Virus record (IMG/VR): IMGVR_UViG_3300023179_000037
Location: 1-64,000 of that record
Source of the DNA: a virus
Direction: 5' to 3' (one strand)
Length of the DNA stretch: 64,000 nucleotides
The notes below the pieces were generated by a model that had not been told where the DNA came from, ran no database searches, and was given only the letters and a program-made list of their open reading frames with translations. Made by a program: the position numbers and the translations under genes. Shown piece by piece: positions 8,097 through 18,589 of this stretch (its first letter is position 1; each line of letters opens with the position of its first letter).

Positions 8097-10220
8097 ATGT
8101 CTGTAGCCAATATTACCAATTCCAAATCAGTCTTAGCCAAACTTCTAGCTCAGGAAAATATTACCGTAGAGCATAGACGTATTCATACGGCAGCCTTCGA
8201 TCCCGTCAATCGAGTACTTATTTTGCCCCTTTGGAAAGAAATGGGGCCAGATATTTATGACTTACTAGTAGGACATGAAGTAGGTCATGCCTGGGAAACT
8301 CCGGCAGAGGGATGGCATTCAGCAATTGAAGAAAAGGGCAAAGGATTTAAATCTTTTCTCAATGTAATTGAAGATGCTCGTATTGAGAAAAAAATAAAAA
8401 CTAGATATCCTGGACTTCGTGCTCCAATGTATCGAGGATATAAACTATTATTTGATCAAAAGTTTTTCGGTGTGTCTGAAACAAATATATCCGATCTTAA
8501 ATTGATTGATAGATTGAATTTGCATTTTAAAATTGGGCATTTGCTTAATGTTCCATTTTCTAGTCAAGAAAAAATATATGTTTATAGAATGATGCAGCTA
8601 GAAACATGGGATGACGTTTATGAACTGGCTTGTGAATTATTTGATTATACGAAGGATTTTGAATCCGAAACAAATTTTGACGATATTGATATAAATCAAG
8701 ATGAGAATGAAAATAGTGATAGTTTTGATTTAGATTCCTACTATGAATTTGATGAATCAGTAGAGAATAATGATTATTTAAAAGGAAGATTTGACTCTAC
8801 TGATCCGGAATCAATAACTGACAAGGCATTTAGAGAAAATGAATCATCTTTGATAGATGATACACTTAAACCTTATGTTTATGTGAATTTACCTATAATT
8901 AAAATAGAAGATTTTATTGTTCCTCATCGAGTTTTGTACACTAAAACTGATTTTAGTAACTTTGATACATATTTTAACGAACACGATGAGAATAGCTTTA
9001 ACAAAAGTAAACTTTTTACCGAATATAGAGAACGTAACACAAAATTTATTATGTATTTGGTTAAAGAATTTGAATTAAAAAGAAATGCGGCACAATATGC
9101 AAGAGCAAGTATTTCTAAAACTGGGGAATTAGACTGCGAAAAAATTTGGTCTTATAAACTACGAGAAGATCTATTTAAACGTGTTACTAAAATACCAAAT
9201 GGTAAAAACCATGGTATGGTAATGTTTATTGATTTATCTGGATCAATGACAAATAATATTACAAATACTATTGAACAGACCTTAGTATTAGCAGATTTTT
9301 GTCTTAAGGTAAATATTCCTTTCGAAGTTTATGCTTTTTCAGATTCTTATAAAAATTACGAAAATTATTTAGGGCATGAAAGAGGCTCCAAGGTAAGATT
9401 TTCAAGAAGGCATAAAGATTTAGTTATGGATAATAATTCTTTTAAATTATTAAATTTTTTATCCTCAACTATGTCTAAGAGTCAATACAGAGAAGCACAA
9501 ATTAGATTATTGCAGTATGGAGCAGCTTTTGAATATTTTAGAAAGGGGCCAGATAAAAATGGTAATGTGTCAATTCGATATAGAACAGCTGCTATACCCA
9601 AAGGATGGGAATTGGGAGGCACTCCTTTAGATGAGACAATATTATTTGCCAATTATTTTGTTGAAAAATTCAAAGAAGAAAGAAAACTTGATATTGTAAA
9701 TACTATTTTCTTAACCGATGGGCAAGGGGTCGAAACTAATGCCCTTGTTGATGAAAATGGTAGGGGTTGCAGATTCGCATATCTTACTTCCAGTAAAAGC
9801 TTCAATTTGATTCTTACAGATACCAAAAATAAAATCACAGTATCAGCTGCACCGGGAGAATTAGTAAGTAGTGCTCTTTTAAGAATGCTAAAGGCAAGAT
9901 CGGGTAGCAACGTTGTAGGTTATTTTATTTCTGATAGAAATGTAAGATATTCAACGTTCAATATTTTGCAATCTTATGGAAAATTTATTTCAGAAGATCA
10001 GATAACTAGTTTTATCAGGAAATACAAATATTTTGATATACAAAATATTGGTTTTGACAGTTATTTTGTAATAACCAATAAAGATTTACTTATTGAAGAT
10101 GATGAATTAAAAGTTGAAAAGACTGGTAAAAACGAATTAAGAAAGGCATTTATTAAAAATCAAAAAAATAAATTAATGAATAGAATTCTTTTAAATAAGT
10201 TTATTGAAAGAATCGCTTGA
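8097..10220 (+). CDS. CobT-like metallopeptidase/VWA protein
   Basis: HEVGH, NVIEDARIE, MIDAS DLSGSM...GGTP...FLTDG; paired with an AAA ATPase. Confidence 0.8.
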   Translation: MSVANITNSKSVLAKLLAQENITVEHRRIHTAAFDPVNRVLILPLWKEMGPDIYDLLVGHEVGHAWETPAEGWHSAIEEKGKGFKSFLNVIEDARIEKKIKTRYPGLRAPMYRGYKLLFDQKFFGVSETNISDLKLIDRLNLHFKIGHLLNVPFSSQEKIYVYRMMQLETWDDVYELACELFDYTKDFESETNFDDIDINQDENENSDSFDLDSYYEFDESVENNDYLKGRFDSTDPESITDKAFRENESSLIDDTLKPYVYVNLPIIKIEDFIVPHRVLYTKTDFSNFDTYFNEHDENSFNKSKLFTEYRERNTKFIMYLVKEFELKRNAAQYARASISKTGELDCEKIWSYKLREDLFKRVTKIPNGKNHGMVMFIDLSGSMTNNITNTIEQTLVLADFCLKVNIPFEVYAFSDSYKNYENYLGHERGSKVRFSRRHKDLVMDNNSFKLLNFLSSTMSKSQYREAQIRLLQYGAAFEYFRKGPDKNGNVSIRYRTAAIPKGWELGGTPLDETILFANYFVEKFKEERKLDIVNTIFLTDGQGVETNALVDENGRGCRFAYLTSSKSFNLILTDTKNKITVSAAPGELVSSALLRMLKARSGSNVVGYFISDRNVRYSTFNILQSYGKFISEDQITSFIRKYKYFDIQNIGFDSYFVITNKDLLIEDDELKVEKTGKNELRKAFIKNQKNKLMNRILLNKFIERIA

Positions 10221-10245
10221 CACTTTTTACTTTTTATAATATAAT
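10217..10245 (+). promoter_or_regulatory. sigma70 consensus early promoter
   Basis: TTGACA-17-TATAAT. Confidence 0.85.
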
Positions 10246-10275
10246 ATTATTATATATTTGAGGAGTTGCTAAAAA

Positions 10276-11439
10276 ATGAAATTGACAGAAATTGAAAAAC
10301 GAGATATTGTTGCCGATCTTGCTGAAAAATTTGGTGCATCAGCATCTAGAAAAATTATTATAAAGCACTTTAAAGATTCATCTCTCCCGGTTCCTAATTG
10401 GCTAATTAATGGTGACGAGTATCGTTTAGAACGAGGCATAATAAATTTATCCTTGCCCTTAGATCAAAATAAAATAATAATGAAAAAAGAAGAAACACAT
10501 ATGCCCGCATTACAAGCACAAGTAGTCCAAATTAAACAAAAGAAATTAGATCAACAAATAGATAATCTAGTTCCTATTAAAGATTATACTTATGTTCCTT
10601 TTGGATTTTTTAAAGATTTAGAAGAAATTATTAAGTCTGAATCATTTTATCCATTGTTTATTACTGGTTTATCTGGTAATGGTAAAACAACTATGGTTGA
10701 GCAAGTTTGTGCTAAGTTGAATAGAGAGTGTATTCGAGTAAATATTAGTATTGAAACGGATGAGGATGACCTTGTAGGTGGAAATACTTTAGTAGATGGA
10801 AATGTTGTCTTTAGAGAGGGTCCTGTAATTACTGCTATGCGTAGAGGAGCTATTCTACTTATTGATGAGATAGATAGAGGTAGCAATAAACTTATGTGTA
10901 TTCAAGGTATCTTGGAGGGCAAGCCTTTTTTTATTAAGAAAACCGGCGAAGTAGTACATCCAACTAATGGTTTTAATATCGTAGCAACTGCTAATACTAA
11001 AGGTAAAGGCACTGATGACGGTAAGTATATTGCTGCTCAAATTTTGGATGAAGCTTTTCTAGAACGTTTTCCAATCACTATTGAACAGGAATATCCTACT
11101 TTAGTAACCGAGAGAAAGATTATTCATAATAATATGAAACTGCTAGGGTGCACTGATGATGAGTTTGCGGATAAGTTGGTAGAATGGGCAGAAATTATTC
11201 GAAAAACTTATTTGGAAGGCGCAATTGATGAATTAATTTCTACACGACGTCTAGTACATATTGTTAAAGCATATTCAGTATTTAAAGATAAACTGAAAGC
11301 GATTAATCTGTGTATAAATCGCTTTGATTCTGATACTAAAAATGCTTTTATTGATTTGTATAATAAAATGGATTTGCCAAAACAACAGGAAACTGTACCA
11401 AGTCAGCCTTTATCTAACAATGATGAATTGCCTTTATAG
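10276..11439 (+). CDS. cobS: CobS/MoxR-like AAA+ ATPase
   Basis: GLSGNGKT, LLIDEID, ATANTKG, AFLERF, STRRL. Confidence 0.85.
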   Translation: MKLTEIEKRDIVADLAEKFGASASRKIIIKHFKDSSLPVPNWLINGDEYRLERGIINLSLPLDQNKIIMKKEETHMPALQAQVVQIKQKKLDQQIDNLVPIKDYTYVPFGFFKDLEEIIKSESFYPLFITGLSGNGKTTMVEQVCAKLNRECIRVNISIETDEDDLVGGNTLVDGNVVFREGPVITAMRRGAILLIDEIDRGSNKLMCIQGILEGKPFFIKKTGEVVHPTNGFNIVATANTKGKGTDDGKYIAAQILDEAFLERFPITIEQEYPTLVTERKIIHNNMKLLGCTDDEFADKLVEWAEIIRKTYLEGAIDELISTRRLVHIVKAYSVFKDKLKAINLCINRFDSDTKNAFIDLYNKMDLPKQQETVPSQPLSNNDELPL

Positions 11440-11446
11440 TGAGATT

Positions 11447-12208
11447 ATGTTTACATTAGATAATTTTCTAGTAATGGAATCTATGTATGGGAAGTTTATT
11501 CTTCCCAGGCATTGTACTCCGGGCCCACCTACACCTGATCCTGCATCTACTATGCTTCGCACAGGTAAGACACATATTGAGGACGAACTAAGCAATATTT
11601 TATATCTTGTTAGTAAATTGCCTGAGAATTCTATTATTGTGGATGGGGGAGCAAATATGGGATTTTTCTCTATTCCAGTAGCTCAGGCAGTTAAAGAAAG
11701 GGGCAGTAAAGTAATTGCGTTTGAACCACAGAAACAATTATTTTATGCTTTAGGTGGCACTATTGCATTAAATGAATTAGATAATGTTTTTTTACACAAT
11801 TTGGGTATAGGTGACAAACAAACTGTTGCTCAGCTTTCTGAGGTAAGTTATAGCCAAGTTTCAGATTATGGTATGGTATCTATTTCTGAAATTTTAAGTA
11901 TTAATGAAATACCATATCTAAGATATAATACATGTGAAGTTATTACTATTGATTCTATGAATCTTCCGCGCCTAGATTTTTTAAAGTTGGATATTGAGGG
12001 ATTTGAATGCCAAGCTTTAAGGGGTTCTCTAAATACTATAACTAAATTCAAACCTTGGATTTGGATCGAATACAATATGGCCGGTGAGCAAAATATTAAA
12101 AAAGAACTTGAAAATATTAAAGAGTATCGATATCAAATTATTGATTGGCAAAATATGTTGATTGGAACTAAAGAGCAATTTTCTTCTATTGGGTTTAGAC
12201 ATGGATAA
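11447..12208 (+). CDS. FkbM-family methyltransferase
   Basis: VDGGANMG, AFEPQ, LKLDIEGFE; ATG at 11447 preferred. Confidence 0.85.
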   Translation: MFTLDNFLVMESMYGKFILPRHCTPGPPTPDPASTMLRTGKTHIEDELSNILYLVSKLPENSIIVDGGANMGFFSIPVAQAVKERGSKVIAFEPQKQLFYALGGTIALNELDNVFLHNLGIGDKQTVAQLSEVSYSQVSDYGMVSISEILSINEIPYLRYNTCEVITIDSMNLPRLDFLKLDIEGFECQALRGSLNTITKFKPWIWIEYNMAGEQNIKKELENIKEYRYQIIDWQNMLIGTKEQFSSIGFRHG

Positions 12209-12986
12209 ACTATTACTGCATACTCATACCGGCCTTGGGGATCATATTATTACGAACGGAATGGCACATGCCTTTGCTGAAAGATATGATAAGGTATTAG
12301 TTATTCATATCAAACAATTAGGAGAATCAGTTAGAGCTCTCTATGCTGGTCATAACAAAATTCAAACTATTGAATTTCCCGATATTGATGTTACTCGTAA
12401 TGGTATGGATATGGTTAGAAAAACTGCAGAAATCGAAAATGCAGAATTAATTAGTATAGCTGATCCATATTTAGTGTATCCAAGACGTTATCTTTTAGAC
12501 AAAGACAATAATCTAACAGTGCAGCATGTCGCCACAAATTTCGATAGACAATTTTATGAATTAGCTGGAATGCATTTTTCTATTAGATATACTAAGAGTA
12601 GAATTCCAAACAGCACAAAAAGATCAAGAGAAATTCTTGGTGATTTATCAAAAGGGCAACCTTTCAGGCTAGTCCATAATACCAGTAGTCAAAATAATTC
12701 TGGATATCCTTTAGAATTTCAAAAGTTTACTAAATTTCATGATTTACCATTTATTGAAATTCTTCCAGGTATTACCAATAACGTATTTGACTTTGTGGAC
12801 TTAATTAAACATGCTTCAGAAATACACACGGTGGGTAGTTTCTTTCATCATATTGTGGATAGTATGATTCCTCAAACAAATGCAGAATTATTCTTTCATA
12901 ATATTATGATGAAACATGATACACAAATTAATTGCTTTTGGAATAATAATCGTTGGTCTATAGTAGAATACGACAGAAAATACTAA
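12201..12986 (+). CDS. putative glycosyltransferase (GLGD N-terminal motif)
   Basis: HTGLGDHIITNG...ASEIH; paralog of 20982..21686. Confidence 0.55.
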   Translation: MDKLLLHTHTGLGDHIITNGMAHAFAERYDKVLVIHIKQLGESVRALYAGHNKIQTIEFPDIDVTRNGMDMVRKTAEIENAELISIADPYLVYPRRYLLDKDNNLTVQHVATNFDRQFYELAGMHFSIRYTKSRIPNSTKRSREILGDLSKGQPFRLVHNTSSQNNSGYPLEFQKFTKFHDLPFIEILPGITNNVFDFVDLIKHASEIHTVGSFFHHIVDSMIPQTNAELFFHNIMMKHDTQINCFWNNNRWSIVEYDRKY

Positions 12987-13010
12987 TAAATAATTATTTT
13001 AATATGTTAT

Positions 13011-13883
13011 ATGAAAAAGTTAAAACTTGGATTTACTGATACTCATGATCACCTAGCTTCATTCTTTTATTCCCTATTATCCACTAGATATGAAATAGAA
13101 ATAGATAATAGTGACCCAGAATATTTAATTTTTGGTGATAATAATTTTGGCAATAATAATTTACGGTTCTCTAAAGATAAGTGTATAAAGATTTTTTATA
13201 CAGGTGAAAATCAGAGGCCCGAGGATTATGATTGCCATTATGCCATTTCTTTTGATCACATTTATGAACCATGGCATTATAGACTTCCTTTATTTGTAAT
13301 TTATATGTGGGCATGGAAGCATATTCACAATATGAAATATGATATGGATTTCATTCTTAGAGATAATGACATTCTAAAGAAAACATCTTTTGCTTCTTTT
13401 GTTGTATCTAATCCAAATTGTAGTGAAAGAAATAAATTCTTTAAGTCATTAAATGAATATAAGACAATTGACAGTGGAGGAAAACTATTCAATAATATAA
13501 ATGCTAATATAGATGGAGAGCAGGGCAAAATAGATTTTTTGTCTACTAGAAAATTTAATATCGCATTTGAACCTTTTTCATATCCTGGTTATACTACCGA
13601 AAAAATAATGCACGCATTTTATGCTGGGACAATCCCAATTTATTGGGGAAATGAATTAGCTAACTCAGACTTCAATAGAGATGCATTTATCAATGTACAT
13701 GATTTTTCATCATTTGACGATGCAATTAATTATATTATGAGGGTTGATAATGATGATTCACTTTATAATAAAATAGTAAAATCTCCCAAGTTTATCAATA
13801 ACATTCCTCCATCTTATCTTATTTTAGATAATTTTCTAAATTGGTTTGATGCAGTGGTATATAATAAGATACTACAACGATGA
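13011..13883 (+). CDS. alpha-1,3-fucosyltransferase-like protein (GT10)
   Basis: FYTGEN, SFVVSN, KFNIAFE...GYTTEKI...IPIYWG. Confidence 0.85.
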   Translation: MKKLKLGFTDTHDHLASFFYSLLSTRYEIEIDNSDPEYLIFGDNNFGNNNLRFSKDKCIKIFYTGENQRPEDYDCHYAISFDHIYEPWHYRLPLFVIYMWAWKHIHNMKYDMDFILRDNDILKKTSFASFVVSNPNCSERNKFFKSLNEYKTIDSGGKLFNNINANIDGEQGKIDFLSTRKFNIAFEPFSYPGYTTEKIMHAFYAGTIPIYWGNELANSDFNRDAFINVHDFSSFDDAINYIMRVDNDDSLYNKIVKSPKFINNIPPSYLILDNFLNWFDAVVYNKILQR

Positions 13884-14593
13884 AAATACATACATTTATC
13901 TTTAATTGGCGTAACCAATACAATAAAACACTTGAAAAAATTGAACAATTCAGAGAAATAGGAATCCACCCTACCGTTATTAATAGTGATGAAGCATTCT
14001 ATTTAGACAATTGGCACAACTTAGGGGATGATGCATATTTTACTGCGCAAATGCTTAAGGCATTGGAAGTTTTTGATGGGGAAGTTTTATTTCATATACA
14101 AGCGGATGCTAGTTATAATAGATGGGCAGAATTAATAGCAGATGCTAAAAAATATTATGATCTTTACAAATGGGGTATCTATGCCCCTAACGTAGATTAC
14201 ACTTGGTATGATTCATCTAGAACAGATTTGGATTGTTTTACTGTAGATGAAACACCATTAAAAATGGTGGCAAATACTGATTGTACATGTTGGTTTATTC
14301 ATAAAGATGTAATTAATAAAGCGACTGAGCGCGATATAAATTTCGCACCGTATAAAATGGGTTGGAGTTTTGATATAGTTTATCCTGCATTATCATATCT
14401 TATGAAACGTCCTGTATTGAGAGATTATTCTCACACTATTAAGCATCCAAGAGGAACTAATTACGATACACAACAAGCAGAAAAAGAAATGGCGGATCTT
14501 TATAACTCATTACCTGTAGATATACAAGAAGCTTTTTACTATATTAAGGGTGATAGAATGCAGTTGTCTAAATACTATATGGATCAACAATGA
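13880..14593 (+). CDS. putative glycosyltransferase (GT-A-like)
   Basis: HIQAD motif, GIYAP, GW; lies inside the glycan cluster. Confidence 0.45.
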   Translation: MKIHTFIFNWRNQYNKTLEKIEQFREIGIHPTVINSDEAFYLDNWHNLGDDAYFTAQMLKALEVFDGEVLFHIQADASYNRWAELIADAKKYYDLYKWGIYAPNVDYTWYDSSRTDLDCFTVDETPLKMVANTDCTCWFIHKDVINKATERDINFAPYKMGWSFDIVYPALSYLMKRPVLRDYSHTIKHPRGTNYDTQQAEKEMADLYNSLPVDIQEAFYYIKGDRMQLSKYYMDQQ

Positions 14594-15498
14594 TAATAGA
14601 TTTTCATCAAACTAATAGTTTTTTAAAACAAAAATTATTAGATAATGAATCATTTTATGCTTTAAGAATTGACAATACTGCAGGGTATGTTATTGAATGT
14701 CTCTTAAAAGGTGAAAACCCTGACCCAGGATTTTATACTGAAAAATCTATAATCGAGGCAGGTGTTGTGCCAACAACCAAAGAATATACATTAAATAGTT
14801 TGTATCCAATGACTATTGAATGTATGAAAAGATCTGATTTACTTGGTTTTGTTGATGTAGCAAATACACTTCATACTAAGAAAGATTTTTTAAATCATTT
14901 TTCCGGAAGACCTATATTTGCTGGATTACCAATGTTGGTTATGGATCCGGCGGCATTAGTAAATATTTCTGGTTATTATGAATGCACCGATCCTTGGACA
15001 AAATATTTAAAGGGAAAGAAGGTTTTAGTTGTATCTACTCACGCCGAATCTATTTTATATCAATGGGATAATATGAATAAAGTATGGGGCGATAAAAAAG
15101 ATTTAATTGTTCCTTTTGATTTAGTCGACGTAATTAGAAGCCCTTATCATCCTAGCATGGATAATAGACAGTATCCAAATTGTAAAAATTGGGAAGAAAC
15201 TGTAGAATACATTAAACACAAAATGGAGTCTTATGATTTTGATGTGCTGTTAGCAGGATCGACAACATCTGCTCCTTTCTATGCAGAACATGCTAAGAAT
15301 ATCGGCAAAGTGGGCATTCAAACTGGTGGCACAATACAACTCTTTTTTGGTATACTTGGTTATCGTTGGACACAGGTAGAGGGATATAAAAATTGGCATA
15401 AGATGTATAATGAACATTGGATAAATCCACTGCCTATTGATGAAGCCAAATTTCGTAAAGATAATCTTAGATTAGAAACTAATTTTGCATACTGGTAA
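14590..15498 (+). CDS. putative GT-D-fold-like glycosyltransferase
   Basis: GKKVLVVS...FDVLLAG...GKVGIQTGG pattern; cluster context. Confidence 0.45.
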   Translation: MIIDFHQTNSFLKQKLLDNESFYALRIDNTAGYVIECLLKGENPDPGFYTEKSIIEAGVVPTTKEYTLNSLYPMTIECMKRSDLLGFVDVANTLHTKKDFLNHFSGRPIFAGLPMLVMDPAALVNISGYYECTDPWTKYLKGKKVLVVSTHAESILYQWDNMNKVWGDKKDLIVPFDLVDVIRSPYHPSMDNRQYPNCKNWEETVEYIKHKMESYDFDVLLAGSTTSAPFYAEHAKNIGKVGIQTGGTIQLFFGILGYRWTQVEGYKNWHKMYNEHWINPLPIDEAKFRKDNLRLETNFAYW

Positions 15499-15499
15499 A

Positions 15500-16819
15500 A
15501 TGAAACAAGAAATAATTGATAATGTATCAAAGTTTTTCGTTGAAAAAGCTAAAAATAAAAAATGGACGGCAGGCAAAGACTTTGTAAATTATGCAGGACC
15601 ATACTTTGATGAGAGAGAATATGCTTCTGTCATGGATACATTACTTGATGGTTGGTTAGTAATGGGAGAGAAATGCCTAAAGTTTGAAAAAGAATTCCCA
15701 AAGTATTTTGGTAAATCACATGGCATAGTGACCAATTCAGGTTCAAGTTCTAATCTTCTTATGATGTCATCGTTGACATCTAAAAGAGGTTATAATCTAT
15801 CTAAAGGAACTAAAGTATTAGTGCCTGTAGCTGGATTTCCTACTACTTTTAATCCCATTTTGCAGGTAGGATTTGAGCCAATATTTTTAGATATTGAAAT
15901 TGATACATTAAATTTAGATTTAACCAAAGCAGAAGATTTAATTAAAAAATATAATATTAGAGTAATAACGTTTGCACACGTTTTAGGTAATCCCCCAAAC
16001 ATGCGTTGGATAATGGAATTAGTTAACAAATATGATTTATTATTTTTAGAAGATTGTTGTGATGCGTTGGGAACAACTTATGATGGAAAAGAGCTTGGCT
16101 CATTTGGCATAATGTCCACCTGTAGTTTTTATCCTGCTCATCATATAACTATGGGTGAGGGTGGTTATGTTGCTTGTAATACATATGAACAAGAAGTTAT
16201 TCTCAGATCATTTAGAGAATGGGGTAGAGGTTGTTACTGTGTAGGACCCGAGGCGAATAAATTACAATGCGGTACTTGTGGTAAAAGGTTTAGTGAATGG
16301 ATTCCGTGTTTAAAAGAACAGATTTTCGATCACAAATATGTATATGATGAGATAGGATATAATCTTAAACCCATTGAAGTTCAGGGGGCGATGGGTGTAG
16401 TTCAACTACAGAAATTAAATGAAATTCATTCATTACGAAAAAGAAACTACAAATTAATGTTTGAAATTTATAGTAAATATGAAGAATATTTTCATTTGCC
16501 TAGAGCACAAGAATATAGTGATCCCAGTTGGTTTGCATTTCCATTAACTATTAGAAAAGGTTCCCCTTTTAATAGAAATGATATAGTAGATTATCTTGAA
16601 ACAAATTTGATTCAGACAAGGCCGTATTTTGCTGGTAACTTATTACTACAACCTGCTTATTCTCATTTAATGAATTCTGAAGATGCTAAAAGAGAATTTC
16701 CCATAGCCACATTTGTGATGCAAAATACTTTCTTCCATGGCACTAGTCCGGTTATTACGAAAGAGCAAATTAATTACATTGGGTATACTGTAGATAATTT
16801 CATGAGTTTATTTAAATGA
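15500..16819 (+). CDS. rfbH: NDP-4-keto-6-deoxyglucose 3-dehydrase (RfbH/DdhC, PMP-dependent)
   Basis: NSGSSSNLL, EDCCDALG, SFYPAHHITMGEGG (His replaces the Schiff-base Lys), Cys-rich WGRGCYC...CGTC. Confidence 0.85.
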   Translation: MKQEIIDNVSKFFVEKAKNKKWTAGKDFVNYAGPYFDEREYASVMDTLLDGWLVMGEKCLKFEKEFPKYFGKSHGIVTNSGSSSNLLMMSSLTSKRGYNLSKGTKVLVPVAGFPTTFNPILQVGFEPIFLDIEIDTLNLDLTKAEDLIKKYNIRVITFAHVLGNPPNMRWIMELVNKYDLLFLEDCCDALGTTYDGKELGSFGIMSTCSFYPAHHITMGEGGYVACNTYEQEVILRSFREWGRGCYCVGPEANKLQCGTCGKRFSEWIPCLKEQIFDHKYVYDEIGYNLKPIEVQGAMGVVQLQKLNEIHSLRKRNYKLMFEIYSKYEEYFHLPRAQEYSDPSWFAFPLTIRKGSPFNRNDIVDYLETNLIQTRPYFAGNLLLQPAYSHLMNSEDAKREFPIATFVMQNTFFHGTSPVITKEQINYIGYTVDNFMSLFK

Positions 16820-17862
16820 GAGTATGTGATTACATAGCAGAATTTTTATATAACTACGGTGTCAGACGTGTTTATGGTTTGATGGGTGGGGGCGCATCTG
16901 GTCTTAATGATGGTTTTATAAAAAATGGTTTGATAGAATATGTTTGTTTTCATCATGAACAGGGTGCCGGATATGCTGGATATGCTGAAGCTAAATCTAC
17001 AAATAAACTAGCAGTTGTTAATCCGACAACAGGATGTGGTGGTACAAATTGTATGACGCCATTACTTAATAGTTGGCAGGATTCAATTCCTGTATTATTT
17101 TTATCTGGTAATGTTAGATTAACACATACTTCTAATTACATCAATAAAACTAAAAAGGTTAATATTCGAAAGTATGGTGTTCAAGAACACGATATAACTA
17201 ATACGGTAAAAAATATAACTAAGTATACAACAGTTATAGAAAATCCTGACGATGTACAATACGAATTACAAAAATCTATATACATCGCAACAAGCGGAAG
17301 ACCAGGGCCCGTGTGGATAGATATACCCAGTGATGTACAAACAGCAACAATGCCTAAAAATTCTAGAATCTTTTTATCTGATTCTAATAAAAATAAAAAA
17401 ACAATAGCATATAAATCATTTGAAGAAGTACTTCTTCAATCTAGTAAACCTATTGTATTGGCGGGCAACGGTATTCATCTAAGTAATACTAGAGATATAT
17501 TTAAAGATTTTATTGAATATCACAACATTCCTTTTGTGTCTACCTATTTAGGTAGGGATTTAATAGAATATGATCACGAATTGAATTTGGGAGCAATCGG
17601 CATAAAGGGAACTAGAGCAGCTAACTTTGCTTTGTATTATGGTGATTTATTACTAATATTGGGTTGCTCCTTAAATGCTACACATATGGGGTATGATGAA
17701 AAGCAATTTTCGCCTTTTTCATATAAAATAATGGTAGACATTGATAAAAATGAAACATTAAAATCTATTATTAATATAGATAAAATTTTTAATTTAGATT
17801 TAAGGATTTTCTTTGATGAATATCAATACAGAAAGACAAAAAAATTGGGCAACTCTTTGTAA
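16816..17862 (+). CDS. TPP-dependent enzyme, N-terminal and central domains (acetolactate synthase/YerE-like)
   Basis: HHEQGAG, TTGCGGTN, SGRPGPVWIDIP. Confidence 0.85.
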   Translation: MRVCDYIAEFLYNYGVRRVYGLMGGGASGLNDGFIKNGLIEYVCFHHEQGAGYAGYAEAKSTNKLAVVNPTTGCGGTNCMTPLLNSWQDSIPVLFLSGNVRLTHTSNYINKTKKVNIRKYGVQEHDITNTVKNITKYTTVIENPDDVQYELQKSIYIATSGRPGPVWIDIPSDVQTATMPKNSRIFLSDSNKNKKTIAYKSFEEVLLQSSKPIVLAGNGIHLSNTRDIFKDFIEYHNIPFVSTYLGRDLIEYDHELNLGAIGIKGTRAANFALYYGDLLLILGCSLNATHMGYDEKQFSPFSYKIMVDIDKNETLKSIINIDKIFNLDLRIFFDEYQYRKTKKLGNSL

Positions 17863-18589
17863 AACTTGGAAAGATAAGTGGCCTGTTTATACTAATGATT
17901 ATAATGATACTGATCGAGCAATAAACATTTATACATTTATAGAAGTTTTGAACGATGTAATGAATGAAAATCATATAGTAATAACAGATGCCGGATCGCC
18001 TTCATATGCTTTACCTCAAAATTTAAAATGTAAATCTAATCAACGTTTTATTTTCTCAGCAGCACAAGCGGATATGGGATTTTCTATTCCAGGATCTGTA
18101 GGAGTAGCCAAAGCTAATCCAAATAAGCATATTATTGTTGTAACGGGTGATGGTAGTTTTAATTCAAATCTACAAGAGCTGGCAGTTATAAAATATCATA
18201 GATTGCCAATAAGTATTTTTGTTTTGGATAATAATGGATACTTAAGTATTAAAAATACACAAAAGAAGTTTTTTGAAAATCGAGTATATGGTGTAAATCC
18301 TAGTACAGGTATAATGTTCGCAGATTTAGTTAAATCTGCTAAATTATTTAATTTAGATTACTATGTTTTAGATAGAATTTCCGATATGCAGAAAATTATT
18401 ATGGAAATACTTGATTCATCTAAACCTAAAATTGTACAGGTTATTTCTCAAGAAGAACAGGATATTATACCAACTCAAATGTTTAAAACGGTTAATGGTA
18501 GTAGAGTACAACCCGGATTAGACGATATGTATCCATTTATAGAAGAACAAGATTATATTGAAGAGAGGAAAAAAGCTTTAAATATATGA
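17816..18589 (+). CDS. TPP-dependent enzyme, C-terminal TPP-binding domain
   Basis: MGFSIPG, GDGSF...NNGY TPP motif. Confidence 0.85.
   Translation: MNINTERQKNWATLCKTWKDKWPVYTNDYNDTDRAINIYTFIEVLNDVMNENHIVITDAGSPSYALPQNLKCKSNQRFIFSAAQADMGFSIPGSVGVAKANPNKHIIVVTGDGSFNSNLQELAVIKYHRLPISIFVLDNNGYLSIKNTQKKFFENRVYGVNPSTGIMFADLVKSAKLFNLDYYVLDRISDMQKIIMEILDSSKPKIVQVISQEEQDIIPTQMFKTVNGSRVQPGLDDMYPFIEEQDYIEERKKALNI

Noticed and set aside
8097-11439. Cobalamin biosynthesis role for the cobT/cobS-like pair
   Set aside because: No other cob genes; AAA+/VWA pairs are common in T4-like phages and are probably chaperone-like
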